This document shows, piece by piece, positions 26,940-35,605 of a stretch of DNA of 46,436 nt. Below the pieces are notes generated by a model, which saw nothing but the letters and a program-made list of their open reading frames with translations, was not told where the DNA came from and ran no database searches. The translations under genes and the position numbers were made by a program. The stretch is from Vulcanimicrobiota bacterium (lineage in GTDB: Bacteria; Vulcanimicrobiota; Vulcanimicrobiia; Vulcanimicrobiales; Vulcanimicrobiaceae): assembly GCA_041690835.1 (NCBI GenBank), contig JBEPVY010000001.1, positions 1-46,436 on the forward strand. Direction: 5' to 3'. Every line of letters starts with the position of its first letter. Position 1 is the stretch's first letter.

Positions 26940-28538
26940 TTACTCGATCTGCAACGTGAGGATCGCGGCGTCGTCGCTGACGCGGCGGTGACCGATGACG
27001 CGGCGGTAGATGCCGAGGGCGGGATTGGCGCTCGGGTCGGCGCGTTCGGCCTTGAGCGCTAGGCGAAGCGCGCGTTCGCCGTCCTCGGCGTTGCGTTCGA
27101 ACTCGATCAGGCCATCGGTGTAGAGGGCGACCAGCGAGCCGTGTTCGAGTACGACCTCGGTCTGCGTTCCGGTACCGAGATCACGCATGCCGAGCGGCAG
27201 ACCCTCGGCGTGCACTACGTCGATCGTGCCGTCCGCCTTACCGATAAACGGCAACGGATGGCCGGCCTGCGCGTAGCGGAGCGTGCGCGTCGCCGGGTCG
27301 TAGGTGCCGAACCCAGCCGTCGCGATCGCCGAAGGACGTGCGAGCCGCAAAGCGCGATCCGCATGATCGAGCACGCGGGTCGGTTCGAAGAGTTCGATCG
27401 CCGCAGACCGGATGGCCTGGCGGACTTCGCCCATCACGACCGCCGCAGCCAGCCCGTGACCGGTGACGTCACCGATCGAGATGCCGATGGTGCCGTCGGA
27501 CAGGGCGAACGCATCATACCAGTCCCCGCCGACCTGCAGATCGCTCTCTCCCGGGTGATAGTTCCGATGTAGGCGCGCACCTTCCACCGCCGGTAGTGAG
27601 TTCGGCAGCATCGCGTCCTGGAGGGTGTCGGCGACGCGCCGTTCGCGCTGGAACCGGGTCGCGTTCGAGAGAGCCGCCGCGAGACGCCTGCCGATCTCTC
27701 GGGCCAGCCCGATATCTTCGGAGCGATAGCGCCGCCCCGACTCCGCGTAGACCATCGAGAGCAACCCATACGGTACGTCGCCTATCACCAGCGGAACGAC
27801 GATCGACGAGACGGCGCCGATCTTCTCCAACAGCGCGAGATGGTCGGGACCGCGGGCGCCCAATCGGCGAATCGCCGGCGTGACCTCGGGCACCGCGATC
27901 GGTTCGCGCTTCTCGAAGAGATAGTGGATCGCGGGCGCCTGCAGAGAGAACGGAAAGCGTTCCTCGAGTTCGTGCAGGACCGAGGTCTGCGCGGGATCGC
28001 GATGGACGATCGCGAGCGGCACGAACTCGCCGCTCGTCAGCGCGAAGATCTGGCAGTAGTCCGCCATCTGCGGCACGATCAGCTTCGCGAGATCGCGCGC
28101 CAGCTGGGTGGGCTCGAGCGACGCGGCCAACCCGCGCCCCGCTTCGAGGAGAAAGCGTAGCTGCAGCTCGGCACGTTTCTGCTGCTCGATATCGGTGCAG
28201 GTCCCCATCCAAGCCGAGATCTCGCCGCTCGCCGTCCGCATCGGGAGCGCCCGCACGAGGAACCAACGATAGTCGCCGTCCGCGCCCAGCAACCGGAACT
28301 CGGTATCGAACATCTCTCCGGTGCCGAGCGTACCCCCGCGCGCCGAGAGTGCCGTTGCTAGATCGTTCGGATGGACCGCGCGCGCCCAGCCGTCGCCGAC
28401 ACACTCGTCCGGGTGCAGGCCGGTGTATTCGAACCAGCGCGCGTTGAAATACTCCGCCGATCCCTCGGGGTTCGAGATCCAGACGATCTGCGGAATCGCC
28501 TCGGCGATGAGGCGATAGTCGAAGACCTGACCGTACAT
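26940..28538 (-). CDS. PAS-GAF-PP2C (SpoIIE/RsbU-type) serine phosphatase
   Basis: The N-terminal PAS domain reads IPQIVWISNPEGSAEYFNARWFEYTG...WARAVHPND. A central GAF-like region follows. The C-terminal PP2C motifs are VGGDWYDAF, GDVTGHGLAAAVVMG and ALYTDGLIE. AAGGAGG lies 4 nt upstream of the ATG. Confidence 0.85.
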   Translation of the reverse strand: MYGQVFDYRLIAEAIPQIVWISNPEGSAEYFNARWFEYTGLHPDECVGDGWARAVHPNDLATALSARGGTLGTGEMFDTEFRLLGADGDYRWFLVRALPMRTASGEISAWMGTCTDIEQQKRAELQLRFLLEAGRGLAASLEPTQLARDLAKLIVPQMADYCQIFALTSGEFVPLAIVHRDPAQTSVLHELEERFPFSLQAPAIHYLFEKREPIAVPEVTPAIRRLGARGPDHLALLEKIGAVSSIVVPLVIGDVPYGLLSMVYAESGRRYRSEDIGLAREIGRRLAAALSNATRFQRERRVADTLQDAMLPNSLPAVEGARLHRNYHPGESDLQVGGDWYDAFALSDGTIGISIGDVTGHGLAAAVVMGEVRQAIRSAAIELFEPTRVLDHADRALRLARPSAIATAGFGTYDPATRTLRYAQAGHPLPFIGKADGTIDVVHAEGLPLGMRDLGTGTQTEVVLEHGSLVALYTDGLIEFERNAEDGERALRLALKAERADPSANPALGIYRRVIGHRRVSDDAAILTLQIE

Positions 28539-28552
28539 GGGCCTCCTTGGAC

Positions 28553-30127
28553 CTATGGAACCGTGACGTCGCCGAGGGCGTGGGCGACCGCGCGATAGGC
28601 GTCGACCCGCCCGCAGCCTTGCTTGGAATCACCGATATTCAAAGCCGTCGAACAGAGATACTGCCGGACCGTCGCCGGCGCTAGGCCGGGATGGGCCCCG
28701 AGCATCAGCGCGACCAGGCCGGCCACGTGCGGCGTGGCCTGCGAGGTGCCGGCGATCAGGATTCGGCAGTTGCCGCTCTCGCCGAAGAGATCGACGCCGC
28801 AAGCGGTCGGGCTCGAGCCGTCCGCGGCGGTGCTCGTCCACATGCCTTCGATCCAATGATAGAAGTCGGCATCCGAACTGCCGGCCGGATCGCCCCCGGG
28901 GGCCGCGACGCCCCACCCGCTCGGGGCGCTCGCGTCGTAGTCCGAATACGACGCTATGTGTTCGCCGGTCACGACGCTGCCGACGCCGGCATCGGTCAAC
29001 GCCGAAGCGCCCACGGCGATCACGCCGGCGTCGCCGGCGGGGCAATCGAGTTTGGAGTTCCCTTCGTTGCCGGCGGCTGCGACGACCACCACGCCGGCCC
29101 CGAGGGCATTCGCGATCACCATCTGCTCGGGCGTTTCGCCCGGATCGGTCGCGCACGTACCGCTCGGCGTCGAACCCAAGCTCAGACTGATGACGTTCGC
29201 GCCGTGCGCGACCGCGTCGTTGATCGCCAGATCGATATCCGCGGTCGATGCACTCGTCTCGCACGCCGTGCCGATACATCCCGGCGCCGGATCGGCGAAG
29301 ACGCGGTAGGCCATGATCTGCGCGTTGAATCCGACCCCGACGAATCCGAACCCGTTGTTGGTGGCGGCCGCCGCGATACCGGCGACGTTCGTGCCGTGGC
29401 CGGCGTTGTCGTGGACGGTGTTGCCTTGGAATCCGTTCACGTACGTCGCCTGATACACGACCTTGCCCGCGAGATCCGGATGCGTGGTATCGACGCCGGT
29501 GTCGATGATCGCGATCTTGACGCTGCCGGCGAGCACGCCCGGAACCGCCCCGAACGTGTTGCCGGCCGCCTGCGAGTAGCCCCAGGCGCGCGAAGCGCAG
29601 ATCAGGTGCATATCCCATTGGCCGCCCTGTGCGTCGGTCTGATAGAACGGCGGCGAACCCGAGCCCGCGTGGCTCCAATACTGATCGTTCGGCGCGTAGA
29701 CGCTCGCCGTCTCGAGATGGCGATAGATCGCACGCGCCGCGCCGCTGACCCCGGGCTTCGCGCGAAGCGTCGCGACGGTTGCGTCTTCCGTGCCCGGCGC
29801 GACGTGTTCGATCGTCAGGCCTTCGTTGCCGGCGTGCACGACTTCCACGACACCCGGCACGAAGTGCGGACCGATCGGCGCTCGAGCGATCGCGCGGCGG
29901 ACCATCGCGGCCGGCGCCGCAGCCGCTAGGACGCTCTGCGGACTCGCGCTGTCGTACGTGCAGGCCGATCGGCTCGCCGGCAATCCGGGCGCGGGAGTTG
30001 CCGTCGGAACGATGACGACGCCGCCACCGCCTCCGGAACTCGTGCCGCCGCCGCCTCCCCCGCATGCGACCACCAGGTTCGAGAAGGCGGCCAGCGCGAG
30101 CGCGACACGAAGTCCGCGAACGTTCAC
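28553..30127 (-). CDS. S8 (subtilisin) family serine peptidase, lipoprotein
   Basis: The GTG at 30127 forms a GTGA overlap with the cinA stop and gives VNVRGLRVALALAAFSNLVVAC/GGGGGGTSSGGGGG, a lipobox with a poly-Gly linker. The catalytic triad contexts are IAIIDTGVD, HGTNVAGIAAA and GTSQATPHVAGL. Confidence 0.88.
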   Translation of the reverse strand: MNVRGLRVALALAAFSNLVVACGGGGGGTSSGGGGGVVIVPTATPAPGLPASRSACTYDSASPQSVLAAAAPAAMVRRAIARAPIGPHFVPGVVEVVHAGNEGLTIEHVAPGTEDATVATLRAKPGVSGAARAIYRHLETASVYAPNDQYWSHAGSGSPPFYQTDAQGGQWDMHLICASRAWGYSQAAGNTFGAVPGVLAGSVKIAIIDTGVDTTHPDLAGKVVYQATYVNGFQGNTVHDNAGHGTNVAGIAAAATNNGFGFVGVGFNAQIMAYRVFADPAPGCIGTACETSASTADIDLAINDAVAHGANVISLSLGSTPSGTCATDPGETPEQMVIANALGAGVVVVAAAGNEGNSKLDCPAGDAGVIAVGASALTDAGVGSVVTGEHIASYSDYDASAPSGWGVAAPGGDPAGSSDADFYHWIEGMWTSTAADGSSPTACGVDLFGESGNCRILIAGTSQATPHVAGLVALMLGAHPGLAPATVRQYLCSTALNIGDSKQGCGRVDAYRAVAHALGDVTVP

Positions 30128-31380
30128 GAGGTCGCCGCCCGTTTCAGCCGCTTCCAAAGCAACCCGAGCGCAAACGTGGTCGCGCGCGCTTGCACGATAC
30201 CTCGCTCGCCCCGGAAATCCACCCGCTCCGCCCGGACGGAACCGTCCGCGTGCGCCAGCGCAAACCATACCAATCCGACCGGCTTCTCCGCCGTCCCGCC
30301 GTCCGGCCCGGCGATTCCGGTCGTGGCGAAGCCGATATCCGTCTTCAGACGAGCCCGCACACCGAGCGCCATCGCGCAGGCCGTCTCCGGACTGACCGCG
30401 CCGTTCGCCGCAAGGACGTCGGGGGGCACGTCGAGTTCGGACATCTTCACCGCATTATCATAGGCCACGATACCCCCGAGGAAACTCCGGGAAGCGCCCG
30501 GCGTCGAGGTCAGTTCCGCGGCGATCCGGCCGCCCGTACACGACTCGGCGACCGAGATCGTCTGTCCGCGGGAATCCAGTATCCGCTGGACCGCGCTCGG
30601 AAGCGTCTCGTCGTCGACGCCGTAGACGAACCCGTCGAGGCGCCGCTCGATCTCGGCTTGCACCGGCGCGATCGCCCCCTCGGCTGCTTCCGCCGACGAC
30701 GCCTTCGCCATGATCTTGACGTCGCATCGATAGGCGTGCGCGAGCACCGCGAGTTTCGGGTTCTGGAGCGATGCGAACAGATCGTCGATGCGATGGTCGA
30801 TCTCGGATTCGGCGATCCCGACCGTATGGATGATCCGGGTCGTGATCCGCTCGCGGAGGTCGTAGCGTTCGCGTAGATACGGGATCAGACGTTCGGTCAG
30901 CATGGCCTTCATCTCGTAGGGCACACCGGGCATGCTCGCGACGAACTTGCCGCGCGCATCGAAGGCGACGAATCCGGGCGCACTGCCGTTGGGATTCTCC
31001 AGCACGAACGCGCCGGCCGGAACGTCGGCCTGTTTGAGATTGTTCTCGCGCATCTCGACGCCGAGCACCGCGAACCGTTCGTGGAGCCACGCCACCAACC
31101 GTTCGTCGCGGACCGGGGCGAGCCCGAGCGCATCGCAGGTCGCTTCGCGGGTCAGATCGTCGACGGTCGGTCCCAGCCCGCCGGTCGTCACGACACCATC
31201 GGCGCGTTCGAGCGAGGCGCGCATCGCCTCGGCGATCCGATCGCGATTGTCGCCGACGGCGTGACAGGCGAAGATATTGACGCCGATGTCGGCGAGATGC
31301 GAGGCGACGTAGGCCGTATTCGTATCCACGAGTTGGCCGAGCAGCAGCTCCGTCCCGATACCCAGCAGTTCGACGTTCAC
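30124..31380 (-). CDS. cinA: CinA family protein (MoCF-binding domain plus PncC nicotinamide-nucleotide amidase domain)
   Basis: GTG start. GIGTELLLGQLVDTNT...VTTGGLGPTVDDLT is the N-terminal domain. SVAESCTGGRIAAELT...GIAGPDGG is the C-terminal PncC domain. Confidence 0.9.
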   Translation of the reverse strand: MNVELLGIGTELLLGQLVDTNTAYVASHLADIGVNIFACHAVGDNRDRIAEAMRASLERADGVVTTGGLGPTVDDLTREATCDALGLAPVRDERLVAWLHERFAVLGVEMRENNLKQADVPAGAFVLENPNGSAPGFVAFDARGKFVASMPGVPYEMKAMLTERLIPYLRERYDLRERITTRIIHTVGIAESEIDHRIDDLFASLQNPKLAVLAHAYRCDVKIMAKASSAEAAEGAIAPVQAEIERRLDGFVYGVDDETLPSAVQRILDSRGQTISVAESCTGGRIAAELTSTPGASRSFLGGIVAYDNAVKMSELDVPPDVLAANGAVSPETACAMALGVRARLKTDIGFATTGIAGPDGGTAEKPVGLVWFALAHADGSVRAERVDFRGERGIVQARATTFALGLLWKRLKRAATS

Positions 31381-31391
31381 GTCTTCGCCTG

Positions 31392-32243
31392 CTAGAAATC
31401 CACCGGACGCAAGTAGAATTCATTGATCGCCGTGTTGCTCAGCATCGCGGTGGTCGGCAGATGCCTCTTCCAGTGGGTGGAGTCGACGCGTCGACGCACG
31501 ATCGACACATCGCTTGCCGCAAAGCCGCGACGGACCAGTTGGGCGTCGCTATAGCCCATCAACATCACCCGCAGGATCGCGTCGGCCTTGGCATAGGTGA
31601 TGCCGAGGTCGCCTTCGTCGGTCTGACCGGCTTCGAGATCGGCGCTCGGTGCCTTATCGATCAGCGCTCCCGGTACGCCCAGGTAGCGCGCCAGATCCCA
31701 GACCTGCGTCTTGAAGAGATCGCCGAGCGGATTGACCGGCGGCGTATCGTCCGCGTGCCAGGTGAAATAGCCGAGCATCCGCTCCGTCTTGTTGCCGGTC
31801 CCGACCGGCAGGCCGCCCAGCTTCGCCGACTGGTCGAACAGCACCAACATGCGCGTCCGGGCCATCACGTTGCCGCGCCGGCGCGCGTCCGCGTCCGGTT
31901 CGTACTGCAGATAGCCGTCGACGGCCCCGCTGATATCGATCGTGCGCAGGTGGATGCCGAGCGCATCGGCCACGATCTGCGCGTCGTCGAGACTGCTCGC
32001 GCTAGAGGTCGCGTACGGCAAGCGGAAAGCATGCACGTACTCGGGGCCGAGCGCGCGCGCGCAGAGATACGCGGTCACCGCCGAATCGATCCCGCCCGAG
32101 AGACCGATGACCGCGCACGCCATCGAACGGCGAACGCGGATCTCGTCGCGCACGAACCGAGTCAGCCACTCCGCCGCGACCCGGCCGTTCAAGCTCGGCG
32201 GCGCGAGATCGGTGGCATGGGTCTGTTTAAAGACGGTCAGCAT
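31392..32243 (-). CDS. nadE: NAD+ synthetase, synthetase (PP-loop ATP pyrophosphatase) subunit
   Basis: The internal ATG at 32243 gives MLTVFKQTH...VIGLSGGIDSAVTAYL (SGGxDS PP-loop)...GTGNKTE...ADLEAGQTDE. It is 283 aa, the size of a stand-alone synthetase domain. The track extension to 32489 is a shadow frame. Confidence 0.9.
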   Translation of the reverse strand: MLTVFKQTHATDLAPPSLNGRVAAEWLTRFVRDEIRVRRSMACAVIGLSGGIDSAVTAYLCARALGPEYVHAFRLPYATSSASSLDDAQIVADALGIHLRTIDISGAVDGYLQYEPDADARRRGNVMARTRMLVLFDQSAKLGGLPVGTGNKTERMLGYFTWHADDTPPVNPLGDLFKTQVWDLARYLGVPGALIDKAPSADLEAGQTDEGDLGITYAKADAILRVMLMGYSDAQLVRRGFAASDVSIVRRRVDSTHWKRHLPTTAMLSNTAINEFYLRPVDF

Positions 32244-33129
32244 CACTACGGCGCGGGAGCGGAAGTTCGTCGTCGAGCAGCAGGTCGGGAAGGACGCCAC
32301 GCAGATCGCCGAGCAGCGGCATGGACGCGCGCGCGATGTCGATCTCCGCGAGATCGAGCACGCCTTCGACGATGCACGCGTCGACCGCGTCGCCTTGCAC
32401 GACGACCTCGCCGAACGGATCCACGATGGCGGACGAGCCCGAGAGCCCCTTGCCACCCTCGAAGCCGACCAAGCCGGCATAGACCACATAGACGCCGTGC
32501 TCGGCCGCGGTCGAGGTCAAGATGTTACGCCAGCGGGTGACCGAGGTCAACTCGTCGCCCGTGCCGTCGACGCCGCGCCCGGGCGCCGCACTCGGCACGA
32601 TCAGGATACGCGCGTCCTTGAGCGCGGCGATGGTCGGTACGATCGAGTGCCAGACGTCCTCGCAGATCAATATCGCCGCGCGTCCGTAGCGCGTCTCGAA
32701 CGTCTTGAGGCTGCGTCCGCGCGAGAGAAAGCGCTCTTCGTCGAACACGCCGTAGGTCGGCAAGAACAGCTTGCGGTGGACGTGCACGATGCGCTCGGTC
32801 GCGCCGTCGATCTCGAGATAGATCGCGCTGTTGTAGTACGTGCCACCGTCGTTCTCGTAGAAGCCGCTGACCAGATCTACGCGCCCGCCGCCGGCGTCGC
32901 GCCACGCCTTGGCGAGATCCGTCGCGATCTGCGCGGCCGGCAGCGCCAGCTCGTAGACGGCGCCCTCGAGGAAATAGCCGGTCAGCGCGCCCTCGGGGAG
33001 CACGATCAGGTCGGCGCCGCCTCCCGCGATGATCTGCGCGAACGCTTCGCCCGCCGCACGCAGGTTCTCCGTGTATGCGCCCTTACGCGGTTTGAACTGG
33101 AGGAGCGCGACCTTAGCTGACGTGGGCAC
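32227..33129 (-). CDS. Carbon-nitrogen hydrolase (nitrilase superfamily), probable glutaminase partner of NadE
   Basis: The GTG at 33129 gives VPTSAKVALLQFKP... The E-K-C triad contexts are VLPEGALTGY, HRKLFLPTYGVFDE and ILICEDVWH. It overlaps nadE by 17 nt. Confidence 0.8.
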   Translation of the reverse strand: MPTSAKVALLQFKPRKGAYTENLRAAGEAFAQIIAGGGADLIVLPEGALTGYFLEGAVYELALPAAQIATDLAKAWRDAGGGRVDLVSGFYENDGGTYYNSAIYLEIDGATERIVHVHRKLFLPTYGVFDEERFLSRGRSLKTFETRYGRAAILICEDVWHSIVPTIAALKDARILIVPSAAPGRGVDGTGDELTSVTRWRNILTSTAAEHGVYVVYAGLVGFEGGKGLSGSSAIVDPFGEVVVQGDAVDACIVEGVLDLAEIDIARASMPLLGDLRGVLPDLLLDDELPLPRRSDADRL

Positions 33130-34555
33130 TGGTCGCGATCTCCATCTGCTGATCCATCGCCCCGCTCTTGCCGATCTGCTCGGCGCACTCTTCGGCCGGG
33201 TACGTCCAGATCTCCGAGAGAGTCGGATGGAGGTGCGGGATGCGCATGAACTCTTGTACGGTCGAACCATAGCTCATCGCGACGATCATCTCGTGGATGA
33301 GCTCCGAACCGTACGGTCCGATCACGGCCGCGCCCAGGATCCGCCCGTCGTCCGGATCGGCCATCATCTTCACGAAGCCTTGCGTCCGTCCGAGCGTCAT
33401 CGACTTGCCGTGCTCCGCGAACTCGTAGCGGCCGAGCACGTAGTGTGCGCCTTCGGCGACGAGATCGCGTTCCGTCTTGCCGACCACCGCGACCTGCGGC
33501 TCCGAGAAGACGGTGTGGGCCTTCACCAGATCGTAGACCGCCTTCTCGCAGCCGGTTTCGCCCTTGATGGCGTTGCGCGCGGCGATCTCGCCCTGGTAGA
33601 TGGCGACGTGGACGAGGGCATACTCGCCGGTGACGTCGCCGACCGCGAAGATGTTCTCGTTCGACGTCCGCAGCGTGTCGTCGACCGTGATGCCGGTCTT
33701 CGGGTGCACGTCCACGCCCGCACGCTCCAACCCGAGCCCCGCGACGTTCGGGACCCGCCCGAGCGCGTAGAAGATCTCGTCGGTCTCGATCGCGTACGGT
33801 GCACCTTCGATGGTCGCATGCACGGTCGCGCTCCCATCCGCGTTCTTCTCGACGCGCGAGAGCTGCGCGCCGGTGACGACGTCGATGCCCTCGGCCCGAT
33901 AGTAGCCGGTCAGTGCCTCGCCGATGTCGTGGTCGGCGCCGGAGAGCAGATGCGGTGCGCGCACGACCATGGTCGTCTTGGCGCCCATCCGCGCGAAGTA
34001 TTGGCCCAGTTCGCAGGCCACATATCCACCGCCGAGTACGACCAATCGCTTCGGAATCGTCTCGCGATCGAGGGCTTGGTCCGAATCGAAGTAGCCGGCC
34101 TCCGCGAGCCCCGGCAGGGCCGGGGGCGCGATGCTGCTGCCGGTCGAGACGACGTACTTCTTCCCCTCGAGAATCGTGTCGCTTCCGACCTGTAATTCGA
34201 GCGGCGAGAGAAACGCAGCCTCGCCCATGTAGACCGGGAACGTCTCGATGCCCTCGATCCGGTAGTCCGCGAAGCCTTTGATGAGTTCGCGCTTGCGCGC
34301 GATGATGTGCGAGACGTCGGTCGTGATGCCACTCGCATGCACGCCGAGTTCGGCGGCCGCGCGCATATCCTGGACCGCATCGCTCGATGCCAGCAGCGTC
34401 TTGCTCGGCATACAGCCCTGAAGGATGCAGAGCCCGCCGAGCGGGCCACGGTCTACGAGCGCGACCGTCGCGCCGAGATCGCGCGCGGTCCGCGCTGCCG
34501 CGTAGCCGCCGGAGCCCGCTCCGACGACGACGAGGTCGTAGCTATGCCGGTTCAT
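33113..34555 (-). CDS. Class-I pyridine nucleotide-disulfide oxidoreductase (dihydrolipoyl dehydrogenase / glutathione-reductase-like)
   Basis: The ATG at 34555 forms an ATGA overlap with the glpX stop. YDLVVVGAGSGGYAAA is the FAD motif. GGLCILQGCMPSK is the redox CxxxxC. LVVLGGGYVACE is the NAD motif. The C-terminal dimerisation domain carries HPTLSE. Substrate cannot be assigned from sequence. Confidence 0.85.
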   Translation of the reverse strand: MNRHSYDLVVVGAGSGGYAAARTARDLGATVALVDRGPLGGLCILQGCMPSKTLLASSDAVQDMRAAAELGVHASGITTDVSHIIARKRELIKGFADYRIEGIETFPVYMGEAAFLSPLELQVGSDTILEGKKYVVSTGSSIAPPALPGLAEAGYFDSDQALDRETIPKRLVVLGGGYVACELGQYFARMGAKTTMVVRAPHLLSGADHDIGEALTGYYRAEGIDVVTGAQLSRVEKNADGSATVHATIEGAPYAIETDEIFYALGRVPNVAGLGLERAGVDVHPKTGITVDDTLRTSNENIFAVGDVTGEYALVHVAIYQGEIAARNAIKGETGCEKAVYDLVKAHTVFSEPQVAVVGKTERDLVAEGAHYVLGRYEFAEHGKSMTLGRTQGFVKMMADPDDGRILGAAVIGPYGSELIHEMIVAMSYGSTVQEFMRIPHLHPTLSEIWTYPAEECAEQIGKSGAMDQQMEIATSAHVS

Positions 34556-35532
34556 ACGCCGCGGGGGCGTGCGCCGAGACGATGGGTCGATTCGATGAAG
34601 CGCACCGTCCCGGCCGAGTTCACCAGGATCGAGTGCGTCTTGGCATGATTGCCGAAGAACCGCACGCCGCGCACCAGGTCGCCGTCGGTCACGCCGGTCG
34701 CGCAGAAGACCACCCGATCGCTCATGACCAGATCGTCGATCATCAGCACCCGGTCGATATCGCCGAAGCCCATGTCGCGCGCACGCTGCGCCTCTTCCGG
34801 GTTGCGCGGCTGAAGCCGGCCCATGAAATTGCCGCCCAGGCATTTGATCGCGGCCGCCGCGAGGACGCCTTCGGGTGCGCCGCCGGTGCCCATCGCTACG
34901 TGCACGCCGGTCGCCTCGATCGTGGTCGCGATACACGCGTCGACGTCACCGTCGGAGATCAACTTGATGCGCGCGCCGGCCTCCCGGACTTCGCGGATCA
35001 GCTCCGCGTGGCGCGGGCGGTCCAGGATCACGACGCAGATCTCGTTCATCGGCTTCTCGAGCGCGTTCGCGACCGCTTCGAGGTTATCGCGCACCGGCGC
35101 ATCGATGTGGACGTAAGGGGCCGCCTTGGGGCCGACCGCCAGCTTCTTCATATACGAGTCGGGCGCGTGCAGCAGCCCGCCACGCTCGGCGATCGCCATG
35201 ACCGCGATCGAGTTCGGCAGACCGTTCGCGACCAGGTTGGTTCCTTCGACCGGATCGACCGCGATGTCGACCTCGTGGCCGCCGCGGCCCAGCTCCTCGC
35301 CGATGTAGAGCATCGGGGCTTCGTCGCGCTCGCCTTCGCCGATCACGATCCGCCCCGAGATATCCATCTCGTTGAGGGCCTCGCGCATCTTTTCGACGGC
35401 CGCGCCGTCGGCCTCATCGCGCTCGCCGCGACCCATCCAACGGGAGGCGGCCAATGCCGCGCTCTCGGTGACCTTGACGAAATCGAGTCCGTCGACCGGG
35501 TTGCTGGTGGTGCGCGGTGCGGTTGAAGCCAT
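34552..35532 (-). CDS. glpX: Fructose-1,6-bisphosphatase class II
   Basis: 326 aa. VTESAALAASRWMGRGERDEADGAAV...VIGEGERDEAPMLYIGE...VDIAVDPVEGTNL...LISDGDV...TGGAPEGVLAAAA. Colinear with the GlpX family. Confidence 0.93.
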   Translation of the reverse strand: MASTAPRTTSNPVDGLDFVKVTESAALAASRWMGRGERDEADGAAVEKMREALNEMDISGRIVIGEGERDEAPMLYIGEELGRGGHEVDIAVDPVEGTNLVANGLPNSIAVMAIAERGGLLHAPDSYMKKLAVGPKAAPYVHIDAPVRDNLEAVANALEKPMNEICVVILDRPRHAELIREVREAGARIKLISDGDVDACIATTIEATGVHVAMGTGGAPEGVLAAAAIKCLGGNFMGRLQPRNPEEAQRARDMGFGDIDRVLMIDDLVMSDRVVFCATGVTDGDLVRGVRFFGNHAKTHSILVNSAGTVRFIESTHRLGARPRGV

Positions 35533-35605
35533 GCTTCAGGCTACCAGGCGGGAGGAGCGAATCCCTCGCGGGAGTCGGAGGCCGCCTCGGTAAAGAGGAG
35601 CCGCC

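Noticed and set aside
28629-30065. 478-aa and other long Arg-rich ORFs overlapping the S8 protease gene; similar cases at 27514..28632, 30458..31423, 43152..44456, 45053..46255, 23006..24283 and 25836..26894
   Set aside because: All are alternative-frame or antisense ORFs over genes with clear family motifs. Their composition is RRRGRD-type with no motifs. Such ORFs are expected in GC-rich DNA, where stop codons are rare.
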